Positions 62,990 to 64,000 of a DNA stretch of 64,000 nt are shown in pieces. Below the pieces are notes generated by a model, which had not been told where the DNA came from, did not search any database, and saw only the letters and a program-made list of their open reading frames with translations. The DNA is taken from contig CM059427.1 of the NCBI GenBank assembly GCA_030390025.1, forward strand, positions 3,720,001 through 3,784,000, given 5' to 3'. The position numbers were made by a program, and so were the translations under genes. The stretch's first letter is position 1, and each line of letters begins with the position of its first letter. This DNA is from Squalus acanthias. Its lineage: Eukaryota.

Positions 62990-63430
62990 AAAGAAAGACT
63001 TTCTCCAGCGCCTTTCACAACCTCAGGACGTCCCAAAGCGCTTTACAGCCAATGAAGTACTTTTGAAGTGTCGTCACTTCTGTAATGTAGGAAATGCAGC
63101 AGCCAATTTGCACACAGCAAGCCCCCACAAACAGCAATGACCAGATAATCTGTTTTAGTGATGATTGTTGAGGGATAAATATTGGCCAGGATACCAGGGA
63201 TAACTCCCCTGGCTCTTTCTTCGAAATAGTGCCTTAGGACCTTTCACATCCACCTGAGAGAGCAGTACAGGGCCTCAGTCTGAAAGATGGTACCTCTGAC
63301 AATGCAAAACTCCCTCAGCACTGCACTGGAGTGTCAGGCTAGATTTTTGTGCTGAAGTCTCTGGAGTGGGGCGTGAGCCCATAACCTTCTGACTCAGAGG
63401 CGAGAGTGCTACCCACTGAACCAGGGCTGA
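62990..63430 (-). mobile_element. DeuSINE (SacSINE1-like), intronic; tail fragment also at 13501-13575
   Basis: Minus-strand tRNA head, then Deu domain GTCAGAGGTACCATCTTTCAG..CTCTCAGGTGGATGTGAAAG..GGCACTATTTCGAAG..CCTGGCCAATATTTATCCCTCAAC, then L2-like tail. Confidence 0.8.
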
Positions 63431-63546
63431 CAGAGTTCTCCTCTGGTGTCTGGCCCTCTAGCTTGATGGGAGGAAAACCCAGGCTGCAGAAGCACATCTT
63501 CAGTGGGCGCTGCCACTGGCCATGGAGAAATCCACACCCTGACTAT

Positions 63547-63696
63547 CAACTACAACTCGCATTTATATAGCGCCTTTAAGGTAGTCAAATGTTCCAAGAC
63601 TTTTCATGGGAGTGTGATCAGAAAAAAAAGTTAACACTGATCCTAAGAAGGAGACATTAGGACAATTGATCAAAAGCTTGATCAAATAGGTAGCCT
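63547..63696 (-). mobile_element. L2 3' tail fragment
   Basis: Homologous to 6500-6650 and 22830-22960. Confidence 0.75.
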
Positions 63697-64000
63697 TACC
63701 TCTTGGATGAGCCAAGAAACAAGGGAGAATCAAGCAACAGTGAAGACAAATGGGAAAAAAAATTCTAAATTTAAACGGTGGTCCCTATGTTATGTGAATG
63801 AGATCAGCTATTAAGGTTGGGTTCCAAGAAGAATTAGTCCATTTCCAATCGCACTCCATTCCATCCCACATATTGAAAGTAGGTCTGTTTATGGACCATC
63901 ATAGGGAGCAAACAGGCGCGTGGGGGGGAGGGGAGGGGGTGGGGGGGAGGGAGGGGGGAGGGAGTGTGGGGCTTGTTTGCCTCACAGGGGGCCCTGGGCA

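Noticed and set aside
62990-63430. Ortholog of the mammalian AmnSINE1-derived Satb2 enhancer
   Set aside because: That enhancer is far upstream and amniote-derived; this is an intronic copy of an abundant shark DeuSINE sharing only the Deu domain

Overview
Vertebrate genomic DNA, very probably from a cartilaginous fish, judged from the HE1-type V-SINE, SacSINE1-type DeuSINE and HER1/CR1-like LINE tails. Positions 1-41.7 kb are mostly repeats: RTE, CR1 and L2 LINE fragments, several tRNA-SINE families, PIF/Harbinger MITEs and decayed autonomous Harbingers, minisatellites, and Penelope-like element (PLE) ends carrying minimal hammerhead ribozymes. From ~41.7 to ~59.5 kb the DNA is TE-poor and retains CpG, and leads into the first two coding exons of a + strand SATB-family gene closest to SATB2 (57902-58079 and 61443-61619). 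The most striking pattern is six insertions of one hammerhead-associated PLE family, each flanked by an 11-15 bp target-site duplication. Five are inverted with both 3' ends facing out, including a 353-bp-arm hairpin and a perfect 138-bp palindrome ~4 kb upstream of the SATB start codon. The SATB ULD exon mixes SATB1- and SATB2-type residues, so it may be a third paralog. Family assignments come from recalled motifs, not database searches.
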